Source: the human T2T-CHM13v2.0 reference genome, Homo sapiens. Taken from it: 64,000 nt of DNA. Each line of letters opens with the position of its first letter. Within the stretch, counting starts at the first letter, position 1. The notes beneath the pieces are model-generated. The model worked only from the letters and a program-made list of their open reading frames with translations, was not told the origin of the DNA and did not search any database. The translations under genes and the position numbers were made by a program. Below are positions 17,291-39,710 of this stretch, piece by piece. The stretch lies in NCBI RefSeq assembly GCF_009914755.1, contig NC_060928.1. The stretch is one strand, 5' to 3'.

Positions 17291-20200
17291 GAATCAATGA
17301 TGGCTTCTTTTGTATAAGATAGTAATCAACTTCTATCTTGTTTACATTACCACCATTAAAAAATACAGCTAAACCTACAATAGAGACACATGACAATAGG
17401 GAAGGTAAGAGCTCTTGCCTGGGACTAAAATAAGTTGTTTTCTTTGAAGTGGTTGCTTTAGGAAGAATATGAAAGAGATTACATCTGCTATCAGAGAGAG
17501 CAGATTCATCTTCTAGAGAAGAAAAATATGCTGAGCAAGAATATTGTTTCTTTTCTTGATATCTTTTCCTAAGATAATCTTGAAGGTGCAATAAATTTGA
17601 TTGACTTGGGTTCTTTTGCAATGATAAGACAGAGGCTACTTTCATATGTGTCAGTTTTGCTGTGAAACAGAGGTCAGCTGGGCTTAAAGAATTTTCATTG
17701 TTATATATTTTGTCCCAAATATATTCCAAAAATCAAGAAATAGCTTTGAATTGAATTTTTCTTAATAAAATATGAACATATAAAGGCACAGAGGTGAAAA
17801 ACAACATATTCAAAGTATTTGACCAACAGAAATGACAACGCAGGTTTCTTTAAGAGCTTAATAAAGAAAAGGCATACTAGAAAACAATTTGTATCATCTT
17901 TCAACTATTTATACAATATAGTTTCTCTTAGGCAGGGAGTCTTAAGCAAACAACAAAATAGAAGAATTTGGGGATTTTTTAAAATTTGCTTTTTGGAATA
18001 AATGTTCCCTAAATGTTTAAGAACCACAATTACTAAATTATGTTTTCAATGTTCAAAGAGTTCACATTATCTTCAAAGTAGTCACTAAATTAAAATAAAA
18101 TTACTATGTGTATAACTTCAGAAATTATTATGTTTTCTTGCTTTTTGTCTTCATTCCATTATATATCTATATTACGTATGTAAATATTGTAAATACGTAT
18201 ATGCAAAATTTTCTGTAATAGAAGGAAATAAAAACAACTATGTACTTATAAATATATAAACAAACATGGAAGATTTTACACTCCTTGGATGGACAGAAAC
18301 ACAAATTTCAAAGGCACTGGTAAAACCAGAAAAGAATTAGATAAATTACAGACACAGTTTGCCTCCCTTACCTTTTATAATTTTCTATCTGCATGTTGAA
18401 AGATAAAATGCAGAAACATTTTCAAGGATTATCTTAAAATCCTTTCCAAATGCCACTTCTTCTTGCCTAGATTAAAGCTACATTTCTAAATTAACACAGT
18501 CCCTTGCTTAGATTTAATTTGGACACTTTCACTTTTTAAGGCGCTCTTCTGGACACTGGCTTAGGAGCCAGACATTTTAGACAAACAGTTGACTCCTGTT
18601 GGGAAAACAGTTGGCAGGAGGGATCCCTCCCCCTAGAGTTTTGAGTATGAGGGTCTGTCAGTGTCAAATCTAATTGTTCTCAGGGTTTCCCACGATTGAT
18701 GGAGATGAAGCCAACAAGTCCACAATATATCTCATCATTATAGCTCTCTCACTGTGGGGTTGATTGGTGCACCTGCCCATGTCTGACCTACTCTACTTGC
18801 GGAGTAGAGCTGCCTTTAGCCCCAAACATAGGTTCACCTATCATTTAGATGAAACATAGATTGGTTACAAAATTCATGAAGAAACCAATACAACCAATTT
18901 AAATATGATACAGGCAAAAGAAAAACTGATCTCTCTATGTGAACGATAATATGGGTGTGTATTTAAACATAAAATAGATGGGCATAAGTATATACTAACC
19001 ACAAACTATAGGAATAAAGACTTAGATCTAATAGCACATCGTGGAGAGGTAAAGCATACACACTGAGAAAAACTGCAGCTCTGATGACTGCAGAGTTTAA
19101 GTGTCAACAAATTATAGCCTAAGAAGTTCATGGAGATCATTTTATGTAGTATGAAATAAGAATGATAATCACAAACCTCATTCTGTGTTCCTGGTGCTAT
19201 GCTGCTTCTGACACAGTGATCCCTTTGAAAGGGAACTGTATGGAGAGGAGTACGCTTATGTGAGTTAACCAGTATAGCTATAGAGGTCATTTTCTTTTAG
19301 CAGAGAAATAATTGCCTATGAGGATTATATCTTAAAATGTTCGGATAAGTCATAGTATAGCAAGTGCAAGCACAAATATATGTGCATGCATGTGTGCATG
19401 TGTGTATGTGTAGTGTGTGGAAAACTACAAAATTAGTAATTTATCTCAAGACCTGGAAGCATGTAATTATTGGTGGCAAATATGTATAGACATAAGTATT
19501 TTACTATAAATATGAGTTCTAAATTTATAACACATTTTCAGACTACAAATCCAGAATGAACAAGAGTCTTATAATTGTTTTCTGTTTTTGGCTTGGAATC
19601 TTGATTTTAGCATCAACAATTAATCAACATAACTTAACATGGTCAATTGGCTTCCCATCCCAAAGGCCATTATATAGGATGGCAGTACGTTTCCTCTTAG
19701 AGATCATGCCAGTTTCACTGTGGAGCAGATGGCAAGTCAACTGGGTTTAGGTGGGTAGTCTAGATTATGCCATATTAAGTGACATCTTCCAGCAGGATGT
19801 CAATTTCACCAGACGCTGGTGCCACCTTGACACACCACTAAACTATCTGCTGCTTTCCATCAGACCTGTTGCCACATGAAAATAGAGAACACGTGAAAAT
19901 AGAGAATCTCGGGCAGTCATTGGAATATTCTAACAGTGTACTCCTAGAGATTTATTACAAAAACACTCCAGGCTCCAGGTGAATTTCTGCCCTTTAACTG
20001 TTCAGGGGAGTGAGTATAATTTCATTCCACACTCTAGAAGAACTACTAGGTTGGCAGACTTGTATGTGTCTTCTCTATAGCATCAGACATTTAACCCACA
20101 ACTTTTGTCTGGTTGAAAAAACAGTGATACTGTATTTTCTTCATCCCATGAAGTATAGTTGCCTAGAATAATTGAAAATCAGCACTTTCACAGTAAAAAA

Positions 20201-21409
20201 GATTTTTAAAAGTATAAAATTCCTCCTCACTATTATATTCTTCCCAAATGAAAGCATGTCTGATGCCCTATTTAGTTTAAACTCAGGCTAGGTTTGACCT
20301 GAATTCCTATAGTCTTAGCCCTAGCTTGGAGCAGAAATAATTTCCTCTTATACTTTCCTAGAGCTCTGACTTTTATTTGACTTTAGCTGAGCACTGCCAT
20401 TTTTATACCAGAACGTGAACCCTCACTGGTATTCATTTCCCCTGAATTGGAAAAGTGTTTCAACCAACAATTCCAGTAGGTATCATGTAACTGGCACAGC
20501 CATGGCAGAAACAACACTGCGTTCTGCCAACATTCCATTTCGTCTTTTCTGGGCAGCTTTATTATTGTGCATATGTTTATGGGCATGGATCTTCTTGTCT
20601 AAAGATTACACTACAAAAAAGAGGTCTCTGCCTCTGAAATGAGGACTAAAGCTTTAGAATGTGGTGTCTTTGATAGCAAAAATTGTTGCTAGGCAATTTA
20701 CATCCTAGAGCATTAGTACCTACCTTTCTGCCAGATTGTAATCAGTTTTAAAATGGTCTCTATTTTACTGAAAGAAATATGCAGATTACCTTTCATCAGT
20801 ATCTTTTAAGATTATTTGAATGCTTAGCTATTTATTTCTTGAATAAAATAGGAGTTTCTCTGGTGCCTTTGCTTAATTTTTTGTGGTATCCTTAAGGAAT
20901 GATTGTGACCTTTCAACTTCAGTCTACGTGCCTGAGTTCATATAATGAATTATCAACATTTATAGTATGAGAAGAACCAAGCATTTTCCACTGGCATCTT
21001 TGGCTTTGGGTTTAGCTTTAAAGCTCATGTCATAGACACCTGTCATGAGGAGCCGCCAGTATATTTTGTTCAAAGTTGAGTTTTGTAGAGCCTTGGTTTG
21101 TGGCTAGGGCAGATGATAAGAAGTGATAAGCAAAATTTCAGTGGATCTGTATCTCACCCAGGATTGCCATGTGAACTCAGATAACATGTTCCATGTGTCT
21201 GTGGTTTGGGAACATTTCACTCAAATTGATCTGTCTTTATGAACAGGGCACAGTAAAGCACCCATGCTGAAATAAAGATGGTCACTTTGGTTTACGTGTT
21301 TTCTGACACACCTTCTTTTTACCCTCTACTCCCAGCCCAAGGCTCAAAGTCAATTTGTTTCTCTGTTTCTTTATTTGGTTAAGGGAAATTTAAGGAAACT
21401 ACTCAAGGC

Positions 21410-21616
21410 AGACCTGCAGGCACTGTACCAGGTACTCTGTCTATATGTTCTTATTTCATTCTCACACCATGTAAAATAGGTATTATTAGCTTAGTTTTAT
21501 AGAAAACAAAAGCCAAGAGAGTTTAGGTAACTCTTCAAGACACAAGTAAGAGCTAAGGGCCAAGATTTGAACCCAGGTCTAAATGACTTCAGAACTCATG
21601 CTTTTTTCTACCATCA
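21410..21616 (-). mobile_element. MIR
   Basis: 'taggtattatta...ttttataga', 'ggtaact', 'gatttgaacccaggtct...tgacttcaga'. Confidence 0.75.
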
Positions 21617-21778
21617 ATGACGGCAAAAAAAATTTTTCAACTTTTGATGTCATATCTAATTGATTGGCAATGGCTTCCAGGAAGTTTGTCTTTAAAAAGA
21701 TTCTGAAGTCAAGTTACGGCCTAAGAGGGGAAAGTACTAGGATCTGTTAGTGACACCTGAGCAAGTTGGAAAAGGAAC

Positions 21779-23115
21779 TTTTTTTTTTATACTTTAAGTT
21801 CTAGCGTACATGTGCACAATGTGCAGGTTTCTTACATATGTATACATGTGCCATGTTGGTGTGCTGCACACATTAACTCGTCATTTACATTAGGTATATC
21901 TCCTAATGCTATCCCTCCCCCCTCCCCCCACCCCATGACAGGCCCCGGTGTGTGATGTTCTCCTTCCTGTGTCCAAGTGTTCTCATTGTTCAATTCCCAC
22001 CTGTGAGTGAGAACATGCAGTGTTTGGTTTTCTTGTCATTGCGATAGTTTGCTGAGAATGATGGTTTCCAGCTTCATCCGTGTCCCTACAAAGGACATGA
22101 ACTCATCATTTTTTATGGCTGCATAGTATTCCATGGTGTATATGTGCCACATTTTCTTAATCCAGTCTATCACTGATGGACTTTTGGGTTGGTTCCCAGT
22201 CTTTGCTATTGTGAATAGTGCCACAATAAACATACGTGTGCATGTGTCTTTATAGCAGCATGATTTATAATCCTTTGGGTATATACCCAGTAATGGGATG
22301 GCTGGGTCAAATGGTATTTCTAGTTCTAGATCCTTGAGGAATCACCACACTGTCTTCCACAATGGTTGAACTAGCTTACAGTCCCATCAACAGTGTAAAA
22401 GTGTTCCTATTTCTCCACATCCTCCCCAGCACCTGTTGTTTCCTGACTTTTTAATGATCACCATTCTAACTGGTGTGAGATGGTATCTCATTGTTGTTTT
22501 GATTTGCATTTCTCTGATGGCCAGTGATGATGAGCATTTTTTCATGTGTCTGTTGGCTGCATAAATATCTTCTTTTGAGAAGTGTCTGTTCATATCCTTC
22601 GCCCACTTTTTGATGGGGATGTTTGTTTTTTCTTGTAAATTTGCTTGAGTTCTTTGTAGATTCTGGACATTAGCCCTTTGTCAGATGAGTAGATTGCAAA
22701 AATTTTCTCCCATTCTGTAGGTTGCCTTTTCACTCTGATGGTAGTTTCTTTTGCAGTGCTGAAGCTCTTTAGTTTAATTAGATCCCATTTGTCAATTTTG
22801 GCTTTTGTTGCCATTGCTTTTCTGTTTTAGACATGAAGTCCTTGCCCATGCCTATGTCCTGAATGGTATTGCCTAGGTTTTCTCCTAGGGTTTTTATGGT
22901 TTTAGGTCTAACACTTAAGTCTTTAATCCATCTAGAATTAATTTTTGCATAAGGTGTAAGGAAGGGATCCAGTTTCAGCTTTCTACATATGGCTAGCCAG
23001 TTTTCCCAGCACCATTTATTAAATAGGTAATCCTTTCCCCATTTCTTGTTTTTGTCAGGTTTGTCAAAGATCAGTTGGTTGTAGACGTGTGGTATTATTT
23101 CTGAGGGCTCTGTTC
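21779..23115 (-). mobile_element. L1PA5-like 3' segment (copy B, non-inverted part)
   Basis: Poly(T) at 21779; 3'UTR 'aagttctag', 'atttacatt', 'cccatgacagg'; ORF2 C-terminal fragments '[16 protein letters not shown]'. Abuts opposite-strand L1 at 23115/23116. Confidence 0.95.
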
Positions 23116-26339
<3,224 letters not shown>

Positions 26340-26680
26340 TGAAATTTTATGATGGGTGCTGTGTTGCTTACATGAAACCATTTGATCTCCCAATACAAAG
26401 CCTGTTCTCCAAACAACAGATTGGAAAACAGGGTTTTATATTTCTTCATGTTGCCACTCACAGATTAAGTGATGTTCTAGTAGGTTCTGCTGTAATGCTT
26501 GCTTTGAAAACACAAGTTTGTTCCAATAAGATTGCTATGTTAACAAACAATGTGAGCATGATATACATTTCATATTTGCTCATCCACAATTTCATCAGTG
26601 AAGAAAAGGTAGGTGATGGCAGAAAGCTGCACTGTCCTGAACCAAGGCACATAGCCATATATATGCACATGTAGATACAG

Positions 26681-26988
26681 GGCCAGGTACTGTGTCTCAC
26701 ACTTATAATTCTAGCACTTTGGGAACCAAGACAGGAGGTTCACTTGGGCCCAGGAGTACAAGACGAGCCCAGGCTACATAGCGAGGCCCCGTATCTGCAA
26801 AAAAAACCAAAATTTACCCAGGTGTGGTGGTGTGCACTCTTATTCCCAGATAGTCAAGAGGCTAAGGTGAGAGGGTTACTTGAGCCTGGAAGGTTGAGGC
26901 CACAGTGAGCTAAGGTTGCACCACTCCACTCCAGCCTGGGTGAAAGAGTGAGACCCTGTCTCAAAAAGTAAAAAAATAAAAAATAAAA
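26681..26988 (+). mobile_element. AluJ (old Alu)
   Basis: Dimeric Alu with J-type 'cacttgggcccaggag', 'tgagcctggaaggttgaggc' and 'gagaccctgtctc', plus A-rich tail. Confidence 0.9.
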
Positions 26989-28089
26989 TGCATAAGAGTT
27001 CACACCTCAAACATTGACCCATTATCTCAATTCACCGAGTGTGTTAGGAGCCACATCTGTCCATATCTGGCATTACAAATTTCCATCTGATTTCAAACAT
27101 CCTCCCTTCACCATGTCACGATAATTCTCAAGCTACAGTGCTTCTGAGGTCCATTTCCAGGTAAACTTCAGATCTATCAACACGAATTGTCATATTTAAC
27201 TATTTATCTATTTGTTTGCCATTTAAAATCTGTAAACTATTCCACCATTTTATTAGATTTCTATATATTTTTGTATGTATCACTGAAGAGGATTTTGAGT
27301 GTTTTGTCTCTAACCTCATTTTTCCTATAAGCACTGAGATCTTGATTATGTGATTTTTTACAGTGATTTTTAGGAATGCATATGTCTCAGTATATAGCGG
27401 CACTTACTGCAAAGTGCTAAGATAAGACTTTGCTAAACATGCGTTTAAAAAAATACACCTGGAAAGAATACAATTGATCCAGCAGCAAACCAATGGTGGG
27501 GCAACAGGAACAATCCCCCTGGTGTAGAGGCAATAAAGAGAAGCACGTCAGCCTACTTTTCATCATCACCACGCACCAGTGACTCTAAAGAATGTGGGTA
27601 AATTACTCCTCCATGAAAAAAAAAAAACTTTTGATAATCTAAATTTTAAACAATTGCTACAGTTACTGTTGAGTTTTACTAATCTACAAATAAGATTAAC
27701 ATGAGCACATTTTTACTGTGTATCCTTTAATAAATATTATTTTCTACATTAAAGTGATTTCAGGCAAATTCCATTTATACGGTTGCCACTGATACATGTG
27801 AACTCAACTATACATATTCATATCAGGTGTAAATTCATAGCAGCTCAGGATTTTTCAAGCTCACTCTTGGTGCTGTTCATTTCTCTAATGCCTGTGAAAA
27901 CCCTGTGTTTATTTAGACTAGAAATATATATATATATATATTCTTATATTCAGTTTGTTAGATTAGAAATAAACAAATAAAATACAGTGATTTTACAAAG
28001 AAATAGAACTGAATTTTTTTCAATTCTGTTCATTTATGATTTCAGTGTATACCAGTGAGACAAAGGATAAATTATAAAACATAACAACT

Positions 28090-28905
<816 letters not shown>

Positions 28906-29374
28906 ATTGGTTAAGTGCAGTTTCTGTTCACACACAAAATATTTTAATAAATTTAAATAGCTTTACAATTGCAAGTAATTCTCTTTCTAAATTGGTTTAT
29001 TAAGAACAAATCAACAGAAAGATTATTACTAAATATAACATGATACCCCCTAAAATAATTATTGTCACCAATAAGAGTGCTAAAAGGAAGATGTCAAGTA
29101 TGCTTGTATGCTTGGTACCTCACAGCACTGGTGCTAATGTTCAAGAATTCTGTTGGCGTTAAATAAAGGCACACCTGAGCTCTTCCCTATTCCATTACAT
29201 TTATATGCTATCTTCTCTGATTTATGAATTTCCCACCTTTGCTCCCTCCATTATCTTCTCCATTTAGAACTCTAACTGGTTTAAAGACAATTTTAAAAAA
29301 ATGGTATCAATACATTTATACTACAGGAGGAAAAATGAACAAAGATAAATTGCTTCCCTAACTTGAACAGTCCC

Positions 29375-29487
29375 TATCGTATCTTTGAGGGCAGAGAACA
29401 GGCTTTACTCAGGCTTCCTACCAGCACCTCAAACAGCATCTGGCATCTAATAGAATAATCAATAAAGCTTGATTAATAAATGAACAA
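29375..29487 (+). mobile_element. L2 3' end
   Basis: 'tttgagggcagagaac...cagcacctc...tctggcatctaatag...caataaa'. Confidence 0.55.
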
Positions 29488-31121
29488 TAAAAAGAGAAGT
29501 TCTACATTTTGAATGTCCCTGCTCCCCAGATATCTCCTATACAACCCCAAGGTGTCTTTTAATATTCTGCTTCAAAGATAGATGTTTATCAAAATATTCC
29601 TAGGTACCCTCTGCCCAGATCTAAGTTCTTTGCCAAATTCTCACCATTTATTTGCACTACCATTAAGCTCTTAACATGGCCTGTCACATAGTAAAACAGT
29701 TACAAGTAATTTTATTTCCTCTACTAAATTAAAAGCTATTAATGGCTAAGGGCATGCAGTTTATTCAAATCTGTGGTCATAATAGAACCTATAGGATAAT
29801 TTGCATATGTTATATAATCAATAAATCATTGTTCAAGTTGAAATTGCCATCTCATCAAAACCAACTTCATTCAGTCATGTTTGTAAAGGTATAAACATCT
29901 TTACAGATATTTTCAAACTCATACATGTAAGATCATACCTTCCCTCATTACCTGTACTTTTTTTAATAACATAGTGTATCAAATGAAAAAATTTCCCACA
30001 GGGAATTCATTCTTTGAGATTTCAATATATGTTATATATATTTGTCCATGGCCCAGGATATAAATCAGTTATTTTTCCTTTTCTTACCAAAACTGAACAC
30101 TTTTAAGTTGTGTCTTTTTTATGTACATTTATTTTCAACACATTTTCAAAACATTTTAATCTCTGTAAATCCTCATTGGGCCCCTCATGTTGCATTACTG
30201 CATGTCATATTCTTAGTTCACCTACCTAAGTGGCCTATCAAGATTTATGGAGACTAAATGTAAAGACCTTAACAAAAGATTTAATGTAAAACTGCCATTG
30301 TAATTTAAAAGAGCACATTTCCCATAGTCTTTCTGGAAAACGAAAATAATCAGGGTGTCAACCTTATTTCTCCATGCACAAAGGAGGCAGACAGCTGGAA
30401 ATACAGGCCATCAAACTGCCTAGATTTTATCTTGCTTTGCAGACACTCGAAGCTCAAAGCCAGTGCACTACTACCTGTTTGTGGCACTAACCTAGTTATA
30501 TCAAAGGGCCCCAGAGAACTGGCAGTTTTCTGAAGCCTGATGAAAAAACATTCGCAGAACAATTGTTACAAATAATAGGATCTGGCTCTGGCTCTCCAAT
30601 ATTTCTGTCATCAATAACCCATACAGTGGAATCTTAGATAAACCAAGTCCAAACTGTCTTGCAACAAGTAAATGCTAAGTTTTTATGAAACAATGGGGTT
30701 TTTTAGGCTAACATAAAAAGAACATTTGAGAGAAATGAATTTGGCTGAAGGATACTGAGGAGAAGATTAAGTCTTTGCTCAGAGGAGGCTACTCTGTGAA
30801 GTATGAAAACTCAGTAAAATACAGAAAACATGTCATTAACAAATACAAAATCCATATATACATCTTGTCACAAAATTCAAAATCTATTTTAAATGCAAAT
30901 GGTGGTTAAAGGTAGGTTTTCATAGATAGTAAGATTTTAAATATCTCAGATGATATTTGCAAACATTTTTTCCTGAAAAAATGTATGAGAAATATGAAAT
31001 TTTCACACTTGAATTGTCTGTAAAAATCACAGTTCCTCACTGCTTTCTAGTAATCCAAATGAGAAGAGATGTAGTAACTCCAAGAGGCGATGGAGAGAGT
31101 GTGCTTTTAAAATATAGGTGG

Positions 31122-32078
31122 CGGCATGTGAAAAGGTGTGCAACATCATTTATCATCAGGGATATGCAAATCAAAACTACAAGGAGATATCACCTCACCC
31201 CAGTTAAAATGGCTTATATCCTAAAGACAAGCAATAACAAGTGCTGGCAAGGATGTGGAGAAAAGGGAACCCTCAGATACCATTGGTGGAAAGGTAAATT
31301 AGTACAACCACTATAGGGAACAGTTTGGAGGTTCCTCAAAAAAACTAAAAATTGAGCTATCATATGATCCAGCAATCCCACTGGGGGGAATATAGACAAA
31401 AGAAAGGAAATCAGTATATCAAAAAGATATCTGCAGTCCCGCGCTTGTTGCAGCACTGTTTACAATAGCTAAGATTTGGAAGCAACCTAAGTGACCATCA
31501 GTAGATGAGTGGATAAAGGAAATCTGCTACATATACACAATTGAGTACTATTCAGCCATAAAAAAGAATGAGATCCAGCCATTTGCAACAGCATGGATGG
31601 AAATGGAGATCATTATGTTAAGTAAGATAAGCCAGACACAGAAAGACAAATATTGTAAGTTTGCACTGATTTGTGGGATCTAATTATCAAAACAGTTGAA
31701 CCTGTGGACATAAAGAGTAAAAGAATGGTTACCAGAAGCTGAGAAGGGTAGTGGGGGTCTGATGCTGGGGAGGTGGCGATGGTTAATGGGCACAAAAAAA
31801 TAGTTTAAAGAAATAATAAGGCTTACTATTTGATAGCACAACAAGATCACTATAGTCAATAAAAATTGAACATTTAAAAATAACTTAAGAAGTATAATTA
31901 CATTGTTTGTAACTCAAAGGATAAATGCTTGAGGTGACAGAAACACCATTCTCCATGATGTGCCTATTTCACTTGGCAGGCATGTATCAAAACATCTCAT
32001 GCACCCCGTAAATATATACACTTACTGTGTACCAACGAAAATTAAAAATTAAATTAAATTTAAAATAATAAAAAAAAT
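31122..32078 (+). mobile_element. L1MA2-like 3' end
   Basis: ORF2 C-terminus '[17 protein letters not shown]' and L1MA1-3-type 3'UTR ('ctcaaaggataaatgcttgagg', 'ccattctccatgatgtg'). Degenerate TSD AAAATATAGGTGG (31109-31121) / AAAATACATGGTGG (32074-32087). Confidence 0.88.
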
Positions 32079-32125
32079 ACATGGTGGTATGCTGGGTTGT
32101 AAGTATTAAGGAAATGCTTTCAATA

Positions 32126-33281
<1,156 letters not shown>

Positions 33282-33373
33282 AATGCTGTCAATATTAAGA
33301 AATGCTAATCAACCATTGGTAATTTGAAATTTACCACAGTGGAGGTATTAACACCTTAGAAATCAGCAAGCTC

Positions 33374-35641
<2,268 letters not shown>

Positions 35642-37592
35642 AGAAATCAGCAAGCTCTAAATTAGGATGCCTCTTTCCACCTCCCCCTGACTGGTTTGTA
35701 AGCACAACACTAAAACTAGGAAAAACCTATTCAGTAACTGGTTTTGTTTGTTCATTAAATCTATGTGGAATGATAAAATATTTTTTCATTTTTCATCTTT
35801 CATTAAGATTATTATGTAATTATATACAAAAACAACTGGTAATGTTATTCTAAGTAAATTCAGGGATTCTACATTGTATAGATTAAATTTGTACAAAAAT
35901 AAAACTGCTTTTAAATTGGATTTTACCATAACATGATGAATTATCATTAAATAGAAAGTTTGGGGACTGATGTTTATTTTTCCCTAGAAATTATATTACT
36001 GTAGGAATAGAAACACATGTGAACAAGGAATGTGAAAGTACTTGAGGTTTTTAAGGAGCCAGCACTTAAATGGCATCATTCATATCAAAAACTAGGGTTT
36101 GAATGTCTAACCAGAGCAGTGGGCATGGTTTTGGAATTTGGAAAAAATATCCTTACATATGGCTTAATATTTTAAAATTAAATAATTCTTATTCATGCAT
36201 AATTATTTTGCATACTTTAATTTATGGAACATGATTTAGCTTAGTGTGAGTTGCTTCATACTCTTGGAAGAAAAATGTATATAGTTTAATAATTTAGATT
36301 GGCTTCTACTTAGCTCTCATTGCAGAGGTTTTACTGCACAGGATAATCGTTATTTTGTAATGGCTATCATGTTGTTTAGTGTGCCTGTGTTTTATCTCCT
36401 TAGCTAGTTTCTAAGGACCTCATCTTCAAGAAGTATATTTTCTAATTTCTGTCTAAAAGACCTGCACGTACTACTACTGGCTGTAAGGTTACAATGAATG
36501 CTTAATTGATGTCAGATAATTGGATAGGTACTTCTAAGAAAGTTACTAGTATTCTCAAGCGGAAAAAAATATTGTTTTATGAATCTTTACTTGAGTTGAA
36601 AACTTAGTTTTAAAAGCAATATTGTTAAGAAAAATGTGTTTTATTATTGTATTATATGTAAGCATAAAAATGTACTCTCCTTGATACCTATCTTTCTCAT
36701 TTTACTTGGCAGTTCCCTTAAAGCAAGGCTGATATTTTGTCTTTTTGACAACTTTGTATGCCAATCACCTAGAATGGTGCTTTGCAATATTTGATTATCA
36801 GCAAACATTAATTAAATGACATATTATCCCTCTCCTAATAGCTACACTAGGAAAAAGAGCTCAGATGTCTAAGTTAATAAGTGTCAGTTTCTTGTGTTCT
36901 CAATTGAAGTTTCTAGTTGCTTAGTAATAGATTGGAAAAATGCTAATAATATTTGTAAGATTATTTCATATTGAGCTAGTTCTTTTCTAGCTTTAATTAG
37001 TTGTTGATTCTGTTGGGCTATGCAGATAATCATATCATCTGAAGATAACATAGCCAGGCTCTTCAAACCTGTATTATCCTGTTGCAGTGATGAAGGATAT
37101 TCTTATCTTGTCCCTAATCTTAAAAAATGCATTTAGCATGGTGTTTGCTTAAAATACTTTGGTAAATACTCTGTATCAAGTGAAATTTCCCTTTTGTTCA
37201 TGATTTTCTGATAATTTTTATTATAAAATTGATTTTGAACTTTAGCTCATACTGAGTTAATTGCAATTTTAATAAGTTAGACTATTTATATGTTGAATTA
37301 CATTAATATCTTTTTTGATAATGAACCATCAAGGCATTTCAGAAATAAATTCTACTTGGTCATGATATATTAATTTGTAATATTAATATTACTGTCATTT
37401 TTATAATAATTCATTTAGGAATTGTCTATGTTTTTAATTTGAGTAGTCCTATAATTTTGTTTTCTTTATAAACTGGTCAGACTTCATTAGCTCCCTATTC
37501 AATACCAAACCCTCATGTCTTCTTTGCTATTAAAATTCTAATGTATTCAGTACAATGATCTTAGTAGTTCATGAATCTTGATCAATCTAAGC

Positions 37593-37947
37593 CAGCAGTT
37601 TTCAAACCTCTTTTTTCAGATCCCTTTTATATTTTCAAAAAGTATCAAGAATCCCAACGAGCTTTTATTTATGTGGGCTAAGTCTATTGATACTTGTTTT
37701 ACTAGAAATTAAAACAGATAAATGTTTAAAACACAAAAATGAGTGAGTATACATCCCATAACCATCAGAGCATTGACATGATCATACATCAGGTAATCTC
37801 GGGAAACTGCACTACACACTTCTGAAAAAAAAAATAAAACTGAGTGAAAATGGCAAATAACATCTTGGTATTATTATGAAAATTGTTTTGACCTTGCAGA
37901 TTTCCTGAAAAGAGGGGAGTTCCCAGATCACACTTGGAGAACCTCTG
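37593..37947. mobile_element. Non-autonomous hAT-Charlie element (Charlie18a/MER119-like)
   Basis: TIRs 'cagcagttttcaaa' and 'tggagaacctctg'; degenerate 8-bp TSD ATCTAAGC / ATGTAAGT; internal 'gagcttttatttatgtggg' and 'gtattattatgaaaattgttttgacct'. Confidence 0.8.
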
Positions 37948-37974
37948 ATGTAAGTAAATCAAAACAGTCATGCC

Positions 37975-38357
37975 CCTAGTTTTCCAAACTTTTGGGCAGA
38001 AGTATACAGAGGAGATTTATGGGAGAGCTCTTATTTTAGTGGTATAAATGAAAAAGTAGGAATGTGACTGGCTTGCCCTTTCTCCTCTGTCATTGTCTTA
38101 AAAGTGGTTATAAACTGTGGAGCTGCAACACACCACTTGCAACCATAAGATTACAAAAATGAGGTTGGAAGTCAACCCGTAGGGTGACAAGAGTAGAAAG
38201 TTAAAAATGAGCCTGAGTCTCTTATTTCATCATTAAGTAGCTGAATGAATAAAAAAAAAATCATACCTCTGGGTGTTTTATGAGGGAAAATAAATCTCTA
38301 TTTATTTAAACCATTGTAAATTATTTTTTCTGTTACTAGAAGCTGAACACACTCCTT
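37975..38357 (+). mobile_element. Old ERVL/MaLR-type LTR fragment
   Basis: 'tggagctgcaac...cttgcaaccat', 'gagcctgagtctct', 'aaataaatctctatttatttaaacca...ttctgttact'. Confidence 0.55.
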
Positions 38358-39234
38358 ATCGTTATCTTTAATCAGCTTTGAAATTAAAGTTTTATTAGCA
38401 TTATAAAATAAGTTCAGAGCTTTCCCATTTCTATTTTCTGGCACAACTTAGAGAAGATAGGGATAACATTTTGCTGAAAAGTTTGGTTGATACTACGTAT
38501 TCATAAAAACTGTCTGAATCTGGAGCCTTTTTTGTTTAGTATATATTTTACAAGACTTGGCCCTTAAATTATATTCTTGCCAATTTAGCTTCTTAGCATT
38601 TTCAATAATATCAAGTGTTCATTTTTTCTTATACCAATTTTGGCATATATTTTTAAATAAATGTTTTTATACTTTTCAGTTTTCAAATGTATTGCTGTTC
38701 TCAATATTTTTAGCATGTTTTAACCTTGTTGTGTCTGACTAGTTCTCTTTTAACATTCTCTATCTACATATTTTCTTGATCTGTCATGCTGTAGGATTGC
38801 CTCACTTATGATTCTTTACAAAAAACTGATTTTCAATTTTCTATATCTGTTCCACATTTTTCTCTATTTTATTGTATGAGTTTATTTTGTTCCTATTTTC
38901 TTACTTTTAGGGTTAAATATTTGGCTCTTTGGCATTCAATCATTTTAAATACAAACTACAAATTTCTCTCTGCAAGCTGTTTTTTAAAATATTATTTTAT
39001 TTTCATTTTATGCACATATATCTATATGTTTTTATAAAATACAATTATTATTGGTGTTCAAGTACTACAAATGGTTTCTTTTTTAGTTAATTGTATAGCA
39101 TGGCTATTTTTCCATGTTATTATTCTACAGCACTGTTCTAATAGCTGTTACTGTTCCATCATAGAGCTATATTTTAATTGATTTAACCAAACTTTTGTTG
39201 TTGAATAGTTGGGTCTTTTCTGTGATTTTTTTGC

Positions 39235-39710
39235 TTATTTATTTTTAAAAATTTAATTTTAATTATTGTGTTTACATAATAGTTTTACATATGGAGTACA
39301 TATGATATTTTGATAAAAGCATACAATGTATAATGGTCAAATTGGGGTAACTGAAGTATCTACTACCTCAAGCATTTATCATTTCTTTTTGTTAGAAACT
39401 TTGATTCTTTTAGTTATTTTGAAATATACTATAAATTATTGTTCACTGTAGTCACCGTATTGTGCTGCAGAACACTAGATCTTATTCCTTCTATCTAACT
39501 GTATTTTTGTCCACATTAACAATCCCCTCTTTATTTCTACCTTCCTACAACCCTTCCCAGACTCTGAAAACCACCATTGTACTCTGTATCTCCAAGTTCA
39601 ATTTTTTATATTTTAGCTCCCACATGTGAATGAGAACATGCGAGATTTGTCATTCTGTACCTGGCTTATTTCACTTAACATAATGTCCTCCATTTCCATC
39701 CAGATTGTCA
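39235..39710 (-). mobile_element. L1MA4-like 3' end
   Basis: 'gcatacaatgtataatggtcaaattggggta', 'gaacactagatcttattccttctatctaactg', 'tgagaacatgcga'. Confidence 0.75.

Noticed and set aside
17271-17729. 152-aa minus-strand ORF, the longest non-L1 ORF
   Set aside because: Non-ATG start, no recognisable domain, AT-driven composition, and it runs into an LTR fragment.
18792-20529. Small hairpins CTCTACT/AGTAGAG (~18792), TCCCTTTGAAAGGGA (19220-19234) and TGGCAGAA/TTCTGCCA (20503-20529)
   Set aside because: 7-8-bp stems are expected by chance in 64 kb, with no supporting RNA-gene features.
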